Sequence record: NC_061441.1
Direction: 5' to 3' (one strand)
Length of the DNA: 64,000 bases
Shown here: piece by piece, positions 28,050 through 37,102 of the stretch
Layout of the letters: each line of letters starts with the position of its first letter
Numbering within the stretch: the first letter of the stretch is position 1
Notes under the pieces: model-generated
What the model was told of the DNA's origin: nothing
The model's input: only the letters and a program-made list of their open reading frames with translations
The model's database searches: none
Program-made: the position numbers and the translations under genes

Positions 28050-28632
28050 GGGATTTGATTTAGATATCTGCCCTGTGTCGCGTGATGACGATTGGTGGTC
28101 ATTGAGTCCATTCTACCTAGGGCCTTGTCGTACACCGAGCGGCATTATGTTCCACAACATGGAGAACATGTGGCAGTATAGCAAGGTGTACGAAGAACAC
28201 CTAGTCAACTCGAATGATTTGTTTCATGGTGAAGTATCTGCCGAGTGGTGGGAATGGCATTTGAAAGGCAGTACAACCGAACAGGCGCATCGCTATCCAG
28301 CGGGGAAGGGTCGAAAGGCCCTGTTCTCGAAATGGGGCGACTTGCGCCTTTCGTACATTCCCGCACGAAAACAAATCTACGTGCCCGAATATGCGAAGCT
28401 GGTAATCCACAAGCCGAAGTTTAAACGCCTGCTTAAGGATTATAAGAAAGGTGCCAAGATAGTCCTCAGAGATTATGACACCTACGATATTCAAAAGGCC
28501 TATCCAGATTCTCGTAGTCCGTGGCTGTCGGCCATTCAAAACGAGAACGCAAAATTCGGCCATGCGTTTGTCATTGCATTGGCCTTGATGTTCCACGAAC
28601 GACCACTATGGTACAATCAATGGGTAATCTGA
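28000..28632 (+). CDS. NADAR-like (putative ADP-ribosyl hydrolase-related) protein
   Basis: LSPF...F.NMENMWQYSK resembles the NADAR LSNF...F...E...Q..K motif; GGAGG RBS before ATG 28000. Confidence 0.5.
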   Translation: MSIGLVKVVGLKDKAPKGFDLDICPVSRDDDWWSLSPFYLGPCRTPSGIMFHNMENMWQYSKVYEEHLVNSNDLFHGEVSAEWWEWHLKGSTTEQAHRYPAGKGRKALFSKWGDLRLSYIPARKQIYVPEYAKLVIHKPKFKRLLKDYKKGAKIVLRDYDTYDIQKAYPDSRSPWLSAIQNENAKFGHAFVIALALMFHERPLWYNQWVI

Positions 28633-28940
28633 CCAGATACGTAGCCTGCATTGAGTTGTCTACGCGCGAAGGAAATATGAATCTGCCGATTCTACCTCGC
28701 TGTGAACTACAAGCATTTGTTCTTGACGGACACACGCAAACTAAAGTGCCTATCAAACTTAATGTCACAAACGTCATCAATGTGATGGGCAAAACGTGTG
28801 GTAGTCTGCAATGGTTTGATTGTGTGAATCTGCTCATATGGTCATCGTTTGAGCCAGGCAGGTTCACGCTGTATATTGAACGTGCTTGCAAAACAGACGA
28901 GACTACAGACGACCAGCAATCTGCTGAACTCTGCAAATAA
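28620..28940 (+). CDS. Hypothetical protein
   Basis: Part of track ORF 28521..28940; ends ...AELCK within promoter cassette P3. Confidence 0.55.
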   Translation: MGNLTRYVACIELSTREGNMNLPILPRCELQAFVLDGHTQTKVPIKLNVTNVINVMGKTCGSLQWFDCVNLLIWSSFEPGRFTLYIERACKTDETTDDQQSAELCK

Positions 28941-28986
28941 TAGGCTGAAATAGCCATTCAGTCAGATACGCTTCCTATGCTATACT
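28927..28986 (+). promoter_or_regulatory. Early promoter cassette P3
   Basis: AACTCTGCAAATAATAGGCTGAAATAG; TG-C-TATACT at 38 nt; hairpin TGAGC-GCAGT-GCTCA. Confidence 0.8.
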
Positions 28987-29031
28987 ATACGTGAGCGCAG
29001 TGCTCATAAAACTAACGCTGAGGAGCGTATC

Positions 29032-29481
29032 ATGACTACTTTATCTATCGTTGATTTGAAGACCCCTGCGGAATTTACTACCCACCTGACTTTCGGTCAC
29101 ATGGAAGAACTGCGAGCCAGCCTTGAGCGCGCCTTGAATCGTTCTGATCTCGAGGTGTATGTTGAATGCGATTCGAACTACACACTCGAAGAAGCAAACA
29201 CCGACGGCCCTGACCAGCTGGTGGGCGATCATGAATGTATTAACGTTCACGTTCGTTATGCGGGAATGTCGTTCGATGAAGCGACGGCGAAAGGCGTGTG
29301 GGATATTTTACTGCAAACCCCGCACGAAGATAATAGCATGTCCGAGTGGTCTAACTCATACATCATGTATGTGGCCGATGAAAACCTCGACGCGCTGGAA
29401 GAAGTGACGATAGAAAACGGGAATCCTCGTATGATGGAAACTCTCGTTGATCGTATTAACTACTGGCTGCCAAAACTCTAA
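29032..29481 (+). CDS. Acidic hypothetical protein
   Basis: CTGAGGAG RBS, 149 aa. Confidence 0.8.
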   Translation: MTTLSIVDLKTPAEFTTHLTFGHMEELRASLERALNRSDLEVYVECDSNYTLEEANTDGPDQLVGDHECINVHVRYAGMSFDEATAKGVWDILLQTPHEDNSMSEWSNSYIMYVADENLDALEEVTIENGNPRMMETLVDRINYWLPKL

Positions 29482-29483
29482 GC

Positions 29484-29522
29484 GATTTGTGAAGGGCATT
29501 TGCGAGTGCCCTTTGAAAATCA
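29484..29522 (+). repeat. Intergenic interrupted hairpin, copy 1
   Basis: GATTT-GTG-AAGGGCATT-TGCG-AGTGCCCTT-TGA-AAATC; copy 2 at 29866-29906. Confidence 0.85.
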
Positions 29523-29547
29523 AACACCATAAGCTGAGGAGCTTAAC

Positions 29548-29865
29548 ATGTCATCTTCTACTACTCTGACTTTCATCTTCCCAGAAATGACCACTCTGGA
29601 AGTATCTATCGGTAATGGCATTGTGCCTGCGTATCTGGGTCTCGCAGAAAATAGAGACATAACATTCAGCGACGTTAAGGCGCTGCGTCTGATGGGTGAC
29701 TCAAACATCGTGGGTGCCATGTCACGCTTCGACCAGTCGATGTTGAATCTGCTGATCGACCGTCACATGTCACATGAGAATGTTCGCTGCCGTGACGCCA
29801 TCGACGCGGGCACCGAGCACTTCCCGTCTACTTGTCTTTATCTGAAAGTAGCGCACCACCGCTAA
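29548..29865 (+). CDS. Hypothetical protein
   Basis: CTGAGGAG RBS. Confidence 0.75.
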   Translation: MSSSTTLTFIFPEMTTLEVSIGNGIVPAYLGLAENRDITFSDVKALRLMGDSNIVGAMSRFDQSMLNLLIDRHMSHENVRCRDAIDAGTEHFPSTCLYLKVAHHR

Positions 29866-29906
29866 GATTTGTGAAGGGCATTCCAACGAGTGCCCTTTGA
29901 AAATCA
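29866..29906 (+). repeat. Intergenic interrupted hairpin, copy 2
   Basis: Same arms as copy 1, different loop (CCAACG). Confidence 0.85.
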
Positions 29907-29930
29907 CAACCTGTTCTGAGGAGAACAACA

Positions 29931-30284
29931 ATGCCAGCAACTGAACTGCCTATCGACGCTCGCGCTTTTGACGACCTGAGCAATAACAACTTCCTGCAAG
30001 TGTGCAACGCGATCTCTTTCTGCGTGTCTCGCGGTGACCTTGAGTTTCGTCATCATATCAAAGGTCGCCACATCGACGTTGCGTATCGCGCTGGTGGTAA
30101 CAACGTTTTTGGTATCAGCACCGTTCGCATCCTGATGCCGTCCGAAGTCCTGCGTGAAGATATCGTAGAAGACTTCGAGATCATTCACGGCGATGCAGTC
30201 ATTCAGATTGAACGCCAGAAAGATTCGTTCTCGACGTTGCAACGTATCGCAGGTGCAGTCGAAGCGTGTATGCCTAAACGGTGA
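29931..30284 (+). CDS. Hypothetical protein
   Basis: CTGAGGAG RBS. Confidence 0.75.
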   Translation: MPATELPIDARAFDDLSNNNFLQVCNAISFCVSRGDLEFRHHIKGRHIDVAYRAGGNNVFGISTVRILMPSEVLREDIVEDFEIIHGDAVIQIERQKDSFSTLQRIAGAVEACMPKR

Positions 30285-30349
30285 TTGTTGCTCGCAGGTT
30301 CTTACGAGAGCCTGCTGTCAACATAACCCCATAAGCTGAGGAGCTTAAC

Positions 30350-30757
30350 ATGAAACAATATCCACAACGCGGCCGTGTGTACACGCTGAAAGAAATCGAA
30401 AACGAACTGGAACTGCGTGACAGTCCGTTTCTGCGTTTCTGCCCGCAGAAAGTTCGTCTGCTGGGCGAGAAAGAAGCAGGCATTCAGGTAATCCAGCAAT
30501 CGCATATCGCCAACCTGTCTGACGTTGAAGGTTGGGCAGACACCGAGTGGTCATATGTGCGCGAGACCGAAGAGTGGATTCCGCTTTTCCGTGCAGTTGA
30601 CGACGCTGAGATTGAGGCGCTCTGCGTTATCGAGCCTGACACGTCTGAGTTTCGTTCATGTGATGGTATGTTCATCTACCCGAAAGGCGCGGTGTGCAAG
30701 CAGTACACGCCTTATGACAAAAAGATTCACGGCGAACTGCTGGTGGCAGTAGAATAA
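30350..30757 (+). CDS. Hypothetical protein
   Basis: Leader CCATAAGCTGAGGAGCTTAACATG identical to that of 29548. Confidence 0.8.
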   Translation: MKQYPQRGRVYTLKEIENELELRDSPFLRFCPQKVRLLGEKEAGIQVIQQSHIANLSDVEGWADTEWSYVRETEEWIPLFRAVDDAEIEALCVIEPDTSEFRSCDGMFIYPKGAVCKQYTPYDKKIHGELLVAVE

Positions 30758-30816
30758 CAAAAACAGGGACGCTCACGAAGGTGTGCGCGTCCCATTTCTC
30801 ATTTAAGGACAAATCT

Positions 30817-31326
30817 ATGATTCCCGAAATCACCCACATCTTCAACGTAATGATGACCAGCCTGAAAGACGTTCGCAGTGTTGAGCGTCTGCATCTCATT
30901 AACAAGAGTGCCGTGCGCTTTCATCTCAAAGGCAAACATTTCGACGTGCGTGGTCAGTACCCGCTGTTCTCTGTCCACGAAATCGAAGGCTCCACTATGG
31001 CTTACTCACGGGCAGCCAAAGAGATTGAATCCCAACTCAATGGTGAACCTATCGAAGAAGTCGAAGATAACACGCATGACGCAGCACTGGACGATGTGCT
31101 GATCGCTCATGTTGACAACATGGCCGAAGATCGTGTTCGCGCATACAACGAAGAATGCGGCGGCCCTGACTTAGACCCAATCAATATGCAGCGCACTTGG
31201 CTAAAGACCCACTTCCTGCATATAGGCCACAACACGCCTGACCTGTTAGAGACTGTGCTCTACATGGAAGGGAAAGAACGGAGAGAAGAACTGGCGAAAG
31301 CCATTAAGGGGGTATTATGTTTTTAG
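30817..31326 (+). CDS. Hypothetical protein
   Basis: AAGGA RBS before ATG 30817. Confidence 0.75.
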   Translation: MIPEITHIFNVMMTSLKDVRSVERLHLINKSAVRFHLKGKHFDVRGQYPLFSVHEIEGSTMAYSRAAKEIESQLNGEPIEEVEDNTHDAALDDVLIAHVDNMAEDRVRAYNEECGGPDLDPINMQRTWLKTHFLHIGHNTPDLLETVLYMEGKERREELAKAIKGVLCF

Positions 31327-31598
31327 CGTGGTTTAAATATCGGCGCGCCAAGAAACGTAACGAGTTCATGGCAGAAGTCGTATCTGCAATAGCAAAACTG
31401 AATCAGCGTGATCGCGACCTGTTGTGTCGTGCAATCAGTTTGCCTGCAACTGCTGACGGTCTGTTTGCGTTAACTAACATGCCGCGTAAAGAGCTGGCTG
31501 CACAATGCAATCAGTATTACGCCCATGTGTCGGGCAATAAATGGAACGTGTACGATGCGTTCTGCAAAGTCATTCATACCGCAAGAAAAGGAAAGTAA
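31317..31598 (+). CDS. Hypothetical protein
   Basis: 93 aa, overlapping start. Confidence 0.7.
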   Translation: MFLAWFKYRRAKKRNEFMAEVVSAIAKLNQRDRDLLCRAISLPATADGLFALTNMPRKELAAQCNQYYAHVSGNKWNVYDAFCKVIHTARKGK

Positions 31599-31600
31599 CC

Positions 31601-32041
31601 ATGAACGAAATAGATATTCTGATCCGTGAGTTCTCTCGGGCGTATCTGAAAGCAGAAGCATCACCTTTCGGTAACGTCGCATATCACGTACAAGACCAAA
31701 CAGACGGCCTGAAAAACATTGCACTCTATCTGCGTTTTCGTTCTGGTCCGCAAGCTCTTTGGCAGCGACCGTGTTTGGTGCTCGCCACAATTGATGTTCG
31801 TGACTCGGGTAAAGGTACATTCAGTGAGTTGCTTCGTCGCACAAAAGACCTGTGCCGCGAACGTGACTGGATTCTTCAAATTGAAAACGTCCTGACACCG
31901 CAGTTCAGGAAGTTCTTGCAGCGTGGTGGCTTCAAGCCGTTCGGTGTAGACAAAGACGTACCGTTCGGCAGTCTCTATTGGTTCTACGACGAGACAATCC
32001 CTCAGCAATGTGCGATGTACCCAGAGAGGGCACACCCATGA
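31601..32041 (+). CDS. GNAT-like acetyltransferase
   Basis: LATIDVRDSGKGTFSELL (motif A-like), LQIENV..PQF..FLQRGGF (motif B-like). Confidence 0.6.
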   Translation: MNEIDILIREFSRAYLKAEASPFGNVAYHVQDQTDGLKNIALYLRFRSGPQALWQRPCLVLATIDVRDSGKGTFSELLRRTKDLCRERDWILQIENVLTPQFRKFLQRGGFKPFGVDKDVPFGSLYWFYDETIPQQCAMYPERAHP

Positions 32042-32478
32042 TTAACTGGCCTGTAGTTCTCTGTGGATTCTTTCCACTGATCGCTTGCTATATAACAATT
32101 CCGTGGTTCCGTGCTGCTGTTAACCGTAGACTGACGTTCAAGCCGTTCGACTATGATGCGCTTGACGAGATACTGACTGACGGCATGCCTGAGAAGTTGA
32201 CGATCTCCTGTCTACAGGCTACGTACCGCGTCAACTCACCTGCGCATTCGCATATTGATATTTACGCACACAAGGACAATGTTGCTGTTGTTCGAATGTT
32301 GGTGGACCCTAACTTCCCGATAGCACGTTGTTTCCATGACGTGTTGAACGCGAACATAAACGCATTCGCTGTGAAGTCACATAGACCACCGACACTCATA
32401 ATCAATCAGTGTCTCTATCCTGTTGTTGAGTATGAGTACGACGATACGTACCTGTTGATTTACCTTAAACATAAGTAA
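32038..32478 (+). CDS. Membrane-anchored hypothetical protein
   Basis: N-terminal hydrophobic stretch. Confidence 0.65.
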   Translation: MINWPVVLCGFFPLIACYITIPWFRAAVNRRLTFKPFDYDALDEILTDGMPEKLTISCLQATYRVNSPAHSHIDIYAHKDNVAVVRMLVDPNFPIARCFHDVLNANINAFAVKSHRPPTLIINQCLYPVVEYEYDDTYLLIYLKHK

Positions 32479-32487
32479 GGGACTATC

Positions 32488-32787
32488 ATGGTCACCCAAC
32501 AACAACTATCAGAGTTTGCGCGACTGCCTACACTGCACCGTAAAGTGATACTTCGCAGTATGCAGGTTGAGATGTTGGGTGCCTTGCCTGAGCTTACTGA
32601 CATTGTGCGTGAAATGCTTTATCGTGCAATTGTCGTGGATGTGGCTCAAGCAGAAATGGCACTCCTTGCTGCCCGTCAAATGTGTGACAACAAAGACGTC
32701 CGTAGAAGTATTGACGATCTGCTGCAATTCGTTGCTCGTCTTCATGACGTTGCAACTGATAACTTTCTTTCTGGAGATTTACTATGA
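32488..32787 (+). CDS. Hypothetical protein
   Basis: 99 aa, AAGGGA RBS. Confidence 0.7.
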   Translation: MVTQQQLSEFARLPTLHRKVILRSMQVEMLGALPELTDIVREMLYRAIVVDVAQAEMALLAARQMCDNKDVRRSIDDLLQFVARLHDVATDNFLSGDLL

Positions 32788-33848
32788 ATAAGACCGTTGG
32801 CCTGATGATTGATGAAGACGTAATGAACTGGCTGGACATGCTGCTTGCGGGCGAACTGAGCAACGTCTTAGGTGCGTTGAACAATATCGTGTATGCCCGC
32901 CGTCAGGAGCTGTCTGTTGAACGTCTGACCGAAGACGAAGACATTGGTGCGCTCTCTCATAAAGAGCTGGAGATCATTCTGCGCTACGCCGCTCCTAATC
33001 ATGAGTACGATACGACGGTGCTGTCGAACGAACAACTGCTTCGTCTGGCGATGGATGCACAAGGGATCATCTCGTACACACTGCCATGCCATTGCTCTCC
33101 TATCATGGTTAAACGTGCTTTCGCTAACGGCAACGTGTGCTCACTGCTTGGCAGTTTTTCGAATCGTGCTGATATCGTCATGGCTGTACATCACTGGGAA
33201 TGTGGTCTGTCCAACATCTCGCTCGACGGTGTGACTGGTAACGACGAACGCCCAGACGAACAAGGCATGTACCTGTGCTACGATGAGCACAAGCAAGTTC
33301 GTTATGGCCGACTGTTCAAGAACGCCAACGACGGCTGGACATTCAGCGAGTATTATTCTGCTGGTGGATCTACTACGTGGCTTGAAGCGAGTCCAAACAA
33401 TGCGCTTGATGGTGACGACCTGCCGATCAGCCTGCTGACTAACTGGGTATTCGTTGTTCCAGATCGTTCGCCGTCTATTCTCAAACCTGCTGAGGGATTC
33501 AAGCGTCTGTCCGACACACAACGCATCTTCCTGTATCTGCGTAGCCTGAGTCCTCACGTTAAAGCTGAGATCGTCGCACACTTCGACGGCGTTCTGGACA
33601 ATCGATCATTCACCTCTGTCGATCAGATTGGTCGCCTGACTGAAAAAGACTGGCGCGATGCTGCGATTGCTATCGGTGAAGAAGAAAGTGGCCAAGAAGG
33701 TCCTCACTACTGGGATGATCGTAGTGCGTGGGCTTGCTTCGTCGCTGTGCTCAACTCTCTGTGCTTCGACATGGACACACGCGACTTCCAACCGCAGTAT
33801 GAGTACCAGGCCAACGACGACACTATGGAAGAAGACAACAATGGCTAA
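32784..33848 (+). CDS. Multi-domain hypothetical protein
   Basis: 354 aa; IGALSHKELEIIL...NEQLLRLAM is a possible HeH-like segment. Confidence 0.75.
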   Translation: MNKTVGLMIDEDVMNWLDMLLAGELSNVLGALNNIVYARRQELSVERLTEDEDIGALSHKELEIILRYAAPNHEYDTTVLSNEQLLRLAMDAQGIISYTLPCHCSPIMVKRAFANGNVCSLLGSFSNRADIVMAVHHWECGLSNISLDGVTGNDERPDEQGMYLCYDEHKQVRYGRLFKNANDGWTFSEYYSAGGSTTWLEASPNNALDGDDLPISLLTNWVFVVPDRSPSILKPAEGFKRLSDTQRIFLYLRSLSPHVKAEIVAHFDGVLDNRSFTSVDQIGRLTEKDWRDAAIAIGEEESGQEGPHYWDDRSAWACFVAVLNSLCFDMDTRDFQPQYEYQANDDTMEEDNNG

Positions 33849-34374
33849 ATCACTCGGCGTATACATGACTTACATTCTGCGTCACAAGCCGCAGGATATC
33901 GGAATCGCAATGGACACCCAGGGTTGGGTGTCTGTTCTGGACTTCTTGCAGAAAGCAAAGTATGTCAAACAGGTCACTCTCGAAATGCTGATTGCAGAAG
34001 TTGAGGCGGACGAGAAAGGCCGTTTCGAGTTCAACTCTAACCGCTCCAAGATTCGTTGTGTGCAAGGCCATTCGGTTGAGAACGTTATTCTGCATCTTGA
34101 ACCGTTCACTGACCTTGCGCCTTTGTATCACGGTACGGCAGATAAGAACGTGGCATCAATCATGCACGAAGGTATCACGAAGCGGAAACGCAAACACGTC
34201 CACATCAGCCGTGAAATAGAAACAGCCGAGAACGTTGGTCGTCGTCACGGTGCACCTGTTGTGTTTCAGATTGATACACAGGCAATGATCACTCACGGCT
34301 ATAAGTTCTACCGAGCCGAGAATGGAGTCATCCTGACCGATCACGTACCGTCCAGATATATCAAGTTGGTGTGA
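33841..34374 (+). CDS. kptA: RNA 2'-phosphotransferase (Tpt1/KptA)
   Basis: ILRH, GRF, IRCVQGHS (Arg-His-Arg-Arg tetrad), LYHGT, HVHIS, GRRHG. Confidence 0.92.
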   Translation: MAKSLGVYMTYILRHKPQDIGIAMDTQGWVSVLDFLQKAKYVKQVTLEMLIAEVEADEKGRFEFNSNRSKIRCVQGHSVENVILHLEPFTDLAPLYHGTADKNVASIMHEGITKRKRKHVHISREIETAENVGRRHGAPVVFQIDTQAMITHGYKFYRAENGVILTDHVPSRYIKLV

Positions 34375-34375
34375 T

Positions 34376-34777
34376 ATGGAAAAGACGTACATGACACATT
34401 GGGGATCGCGCTACGTGCGGTCCTCCTCCGGCAAGTGGTATTCAGTTCATGGACGTGAAGGTACTTGGGTAACTAATCGCTACGGTACCTCATTCTATCG
34501 TAGCGGTTCAGAGGTATGGCGGGACATAACTCTTGCCGACCGAGAGTCATTAGAACGCGAATTACTCAAACGCACCCGCAATGACTTCAAGGAAAATAAG
34601 CTCAAGTATAACCACTGGGGCAAAGTGGTGTTGACCATAGCTCGCCAGTCAGAAGATGAAAAGAATGAGCACACGGCAGAACTTGCTGTGATGCTTGAAG
34701 CGCTTAGACAGACTTTCTATGGACAGAAGGTACAGCAACTAAGCACAATTCTGGATGAAATAGCCGTTAAAGACTAA
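34376..34777 (+). CDS. Hypothetical protein
   Basis: 133 aa. Confidence 0.7.
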   Translation: MEKTYMTHWGSRYVRSSSGKWYSVHGREGTWVTNRYGTSFYRSGSEVWRDITLADRESLERELLKRTRNDFKENKLKYNHWGKVVLTIARQSEDEKNEHTAELAVMLEALRQTFYGQKVQQLSTILDEIAVKD

Positions 34778-34795
34778 GCTCGTTTGTGATATAAT
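34748..34795 (+). promoter_or_regulatory. Early promoter cassette P4
   Basis: ATTCTGGATGAAATAG; TG-A-TATAAT 37 nt after the GG. Confidence 0.7.
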
Positions 34796-34838
34796 AGAGA
34801 TCAACGCTAGACACTCGTTTAGCTACTTACATGAGGAT

Positions 34839-35180
34839 ATGTATATGAAAAAGTCAAAAGTTAAAGCAGAAGTTGTTGCACCTACTATCGAAGGTCGTTC
34901 ATTCACGTTATATAACGCCTCGCCTGTTCCCGAATTGTCCGTAACACCGTTTGCAGGCCGTGATGCGTTTTTACCTCTACTGCGTAAAGTTCAGGATGCT
35001 GCTCAACTGGAGCGTATTCGTGGTATGTCCTGTTGTCCGTACTGCCGTGAAACAATGATGTTAGGCGAGTACACCAAAGACAACTGGCTGTGGTCATATT
35101 CATATCAGCACATGATCGAACACCACAACGTAACGCCGTCCGCAGAATTTATTGCATACGTCGAAGCCGCTTCTAAATAA
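34839..35180 (+). CDS. Hypothetical protein with CxxC/His cluster
   Basis: RGMSCCPYC...W.W...HMIEHHNV.P..EF. Confidence 0.75.
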   Translation: MYMKKSKVKAEVVAPTIEGRSFTLYNASPVPELSVTPFAGRDAFLPLLRKVQDAAQLERIRGMSCCPYCRETMMLGEYTKDNWLWSYSYQHMIEHHNVTPSAEFIAYVEAASK

Positions 35181-35200
35181 TCCGAACTGCACCATAGGAC

Positions 35201-36727
35201 ATGAACATGAAAAAGATTAAACACACTTTCCGCCTGACCGATTTGGTACACATCGCAAAACTTCCTGCAGGTATGTCCAAATTCCACGAAGGCTCGGATG
35301 CTATTGTTGTCGGCCGCAACGAAGATAGCGACCAATATATTCTGCACGTTAAAAACGTTGGTGAGCTTTCGTGGTACGAAGGTAAATCACTGACGTTGAT
35401 CAGTCACAACAACGGCGAACTGCTTGACCAGTGGGAAGCAGGTGACTACGGTCGTGATAAGAAAAAGAAACGCAAGATCCCAAAAGAACTGCGTAACTTC
35501 ACGGCTATCTTGCCTGTGACCTGCAACGCCGATTGTTCGTTCTGCCCTGAGAAAGAAATGGAGCAGAAAGCCAACCAGAAAGAATGGCAAGATGGTTTGA
35601 TTGCAGAGATCAAACGCATGTACAAGAAAACGAAGTTCGACCACGTATCAATCAGCGGCGGCGAACCGACGTTGCGTACAAAGTTCCTGTTCGAAACGAT
35701 CGACCGTATTCAGAAAGAAACGCCGATCAAGAAAGTCGGTCTGACTTCTAACGGTCAGTTCCTTGAGAAACCAAACAGTACGTTCGACTTCTTAGACCGT
35801 AACACTACGCCTGAGATGACCAGCAAGCTGTCGCATCTGAATATCAGTATGCACTCGTTCAACCGCGACCTTGCGAACAAGATCATGGGCGTGAACTACA
35901 AACAGACTCTGGAAGATTTAGTTCGCTTCCGCCGTCAGCTCGGCCGTGACGTTAGCTTCCACATTAACTTCGTGATCAATGACCAGACTGGTTCGATTAC
36001 GGAAGAGTTCAAGAGGGCCGCAAACTTCATGCGCGCCAATCCATTTATCGACGTTGTGTTCCGTGTTGATTACAACGACGTTGAACTGTCGAAAGCTCTG
36101 CGTGACTACGCTATGGAATATGAAGCGTGGCAGGAAGCAAGTCGCATCGCTGTGGCTACTCGCAAGAAGTGCAAAGTGAAAGAGCCTCGCGCACCTCACA
36201 TTGTTCAGAAGTTTGATCGCTTCTTCGGCGGCCAGAATCTCGATGACGTTGAAAGCGCTTGGACTACAGGTTGCCCGTCGTGCTTCACTCATGCGTCGAA
36301 CCCTATCAATAACAGCCGCGCATATCTGAAAGCGTCTTCCTACGAACCTAATGAAGACGAAGCGGAGTACACTGAGCTGGTGTATCACATGGACGGTGCT
36401 CTGTATTGGGACTGGACTCGTAATGACCCTGTACCAGCTCCGCGTAGCAAGCGTTTTGACTTCGAGATGAAAGAAGAAGAAGACAAGGCGTGGGAACATG
36501 GTTCTGTGGCCGAAGCGATTAACGCGAATCGCTGTTCATTTGGACCTGCTGCACCGCATCACTGCTCTTACGATTCTACTGGCACAACGGTCGCACCGAA
36601 AGCTGCGAAGAAACCTAAGAAAGTGACACCCGCCAAGAAAACGAAGAAGGTGGGTGGAAAAGTTTCGAGCGTTCCTGGTGCTGCTCCTGGTGTTTGTGGC
36701 TACGGCAATAGTCGTTGTGGCTATTAA
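35201..36727 (+). CDS. Radical SAM protein with N-terminal accessory domain and Cys-aromatic tail
   Basis: CNADCSFC (CxxxCxxC), SISGGEPT, TSNG, NISMH; GCPSC. Confidence 0.88.
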   Translation: MNMKKIKHTFRLTDLVHIAKLPAGMSKFHEGSDAIVVGRNEDSDQYILHVKNVGELSWYEGKSLTLISHNNGELLDQWEAGDYGRDKKKKRKIPKELRNFTAILPVTCNADCSFCPEKEMEQKANQKEWQDGLIAEIKRMYKKTKFDHVSISGGEPTLRTKFLFETIDRIQKETPIKKVGLTSNGQFLEKPNSTFDFLDRNTTPEMTSKLSHLNISMHSFNRDLANKIMGVNYKQTLEDLVRFRRQLGRDVSFHINFVINDQTGSITEEFKRAANFMRANPFIDVVFRVDYNDVELSKALRDYAMEYEAWQEASRIAVATRKKCKVKEPRAPHIVQKFDRFFGGQNLDDVESAWTTGCPSCFTHASNPINNSRAYLKASSYEPNEDEAEYTELVYHMDGALYWDWTRNDPVPAPRSKRFDFEMKEEEDKAWEHGSVAEAINANRCSFGPAAPHHCSYDSTGTTVAPKAAKKPKKVTPAKKTKKVGGKVSSVPGAAPGVCGYGNSRCGY

Positions 36728-36739
36728 GAGGAAAATGAA

Positions 36740-37102
36740 ATGAATGAACGTCGCAACTATTACTATGACAGTCCGTTCTACTACGGACTGATCACTTGGC
36801 GTAAACGCCTATTCATCGTCGTGGCCTTCTTTGTCTTCATCGTGATGTTCCATGCAGACAAGCCGCACGTATCAAACCATCAGTGGGTGTGGACAGCAAT
36901 CATCTTCGGCCTGTTGTTCGCTCTCTGTTATATCAAGCTGCGTGTGTACGAAACGTATTTGCTTGAAGCAATGGGTCCGCTGGACAACAACACCATTATC
37001 GGTAGTTTGTCGTTTGATCGTCTTGAACGCCAGCATGAAGTCTGGTACGAAAAGAAGTTTGGTCACAAGCCACCTAAGACTAACACATGGAGCATCGACT
37101 AA
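36740..37102 (+). CDS. Two-TM membrane protein
   Basis: Two hydrophobic helices. Confidence 0.75.
   Translation: MNERRNYYYDSPFYYGLITWRKRLFIVVAFFVFIVMFHADKPHVSNHQWVWTAIIFGLLFALCYIKLRVYETYLLEAMGPLDNNTIIGSLSFDRLERQHEVWYEKKFGHKPPKTNTWSID

Noticed and set aside
35201-36727. Radical SAM as viperin-like, QueE or NrdG
   Set aside because: Lacks the viperin N-x-H-x(3)-CNxxCxFC-F-H context; too long and no que or nrdD neighbours in the window
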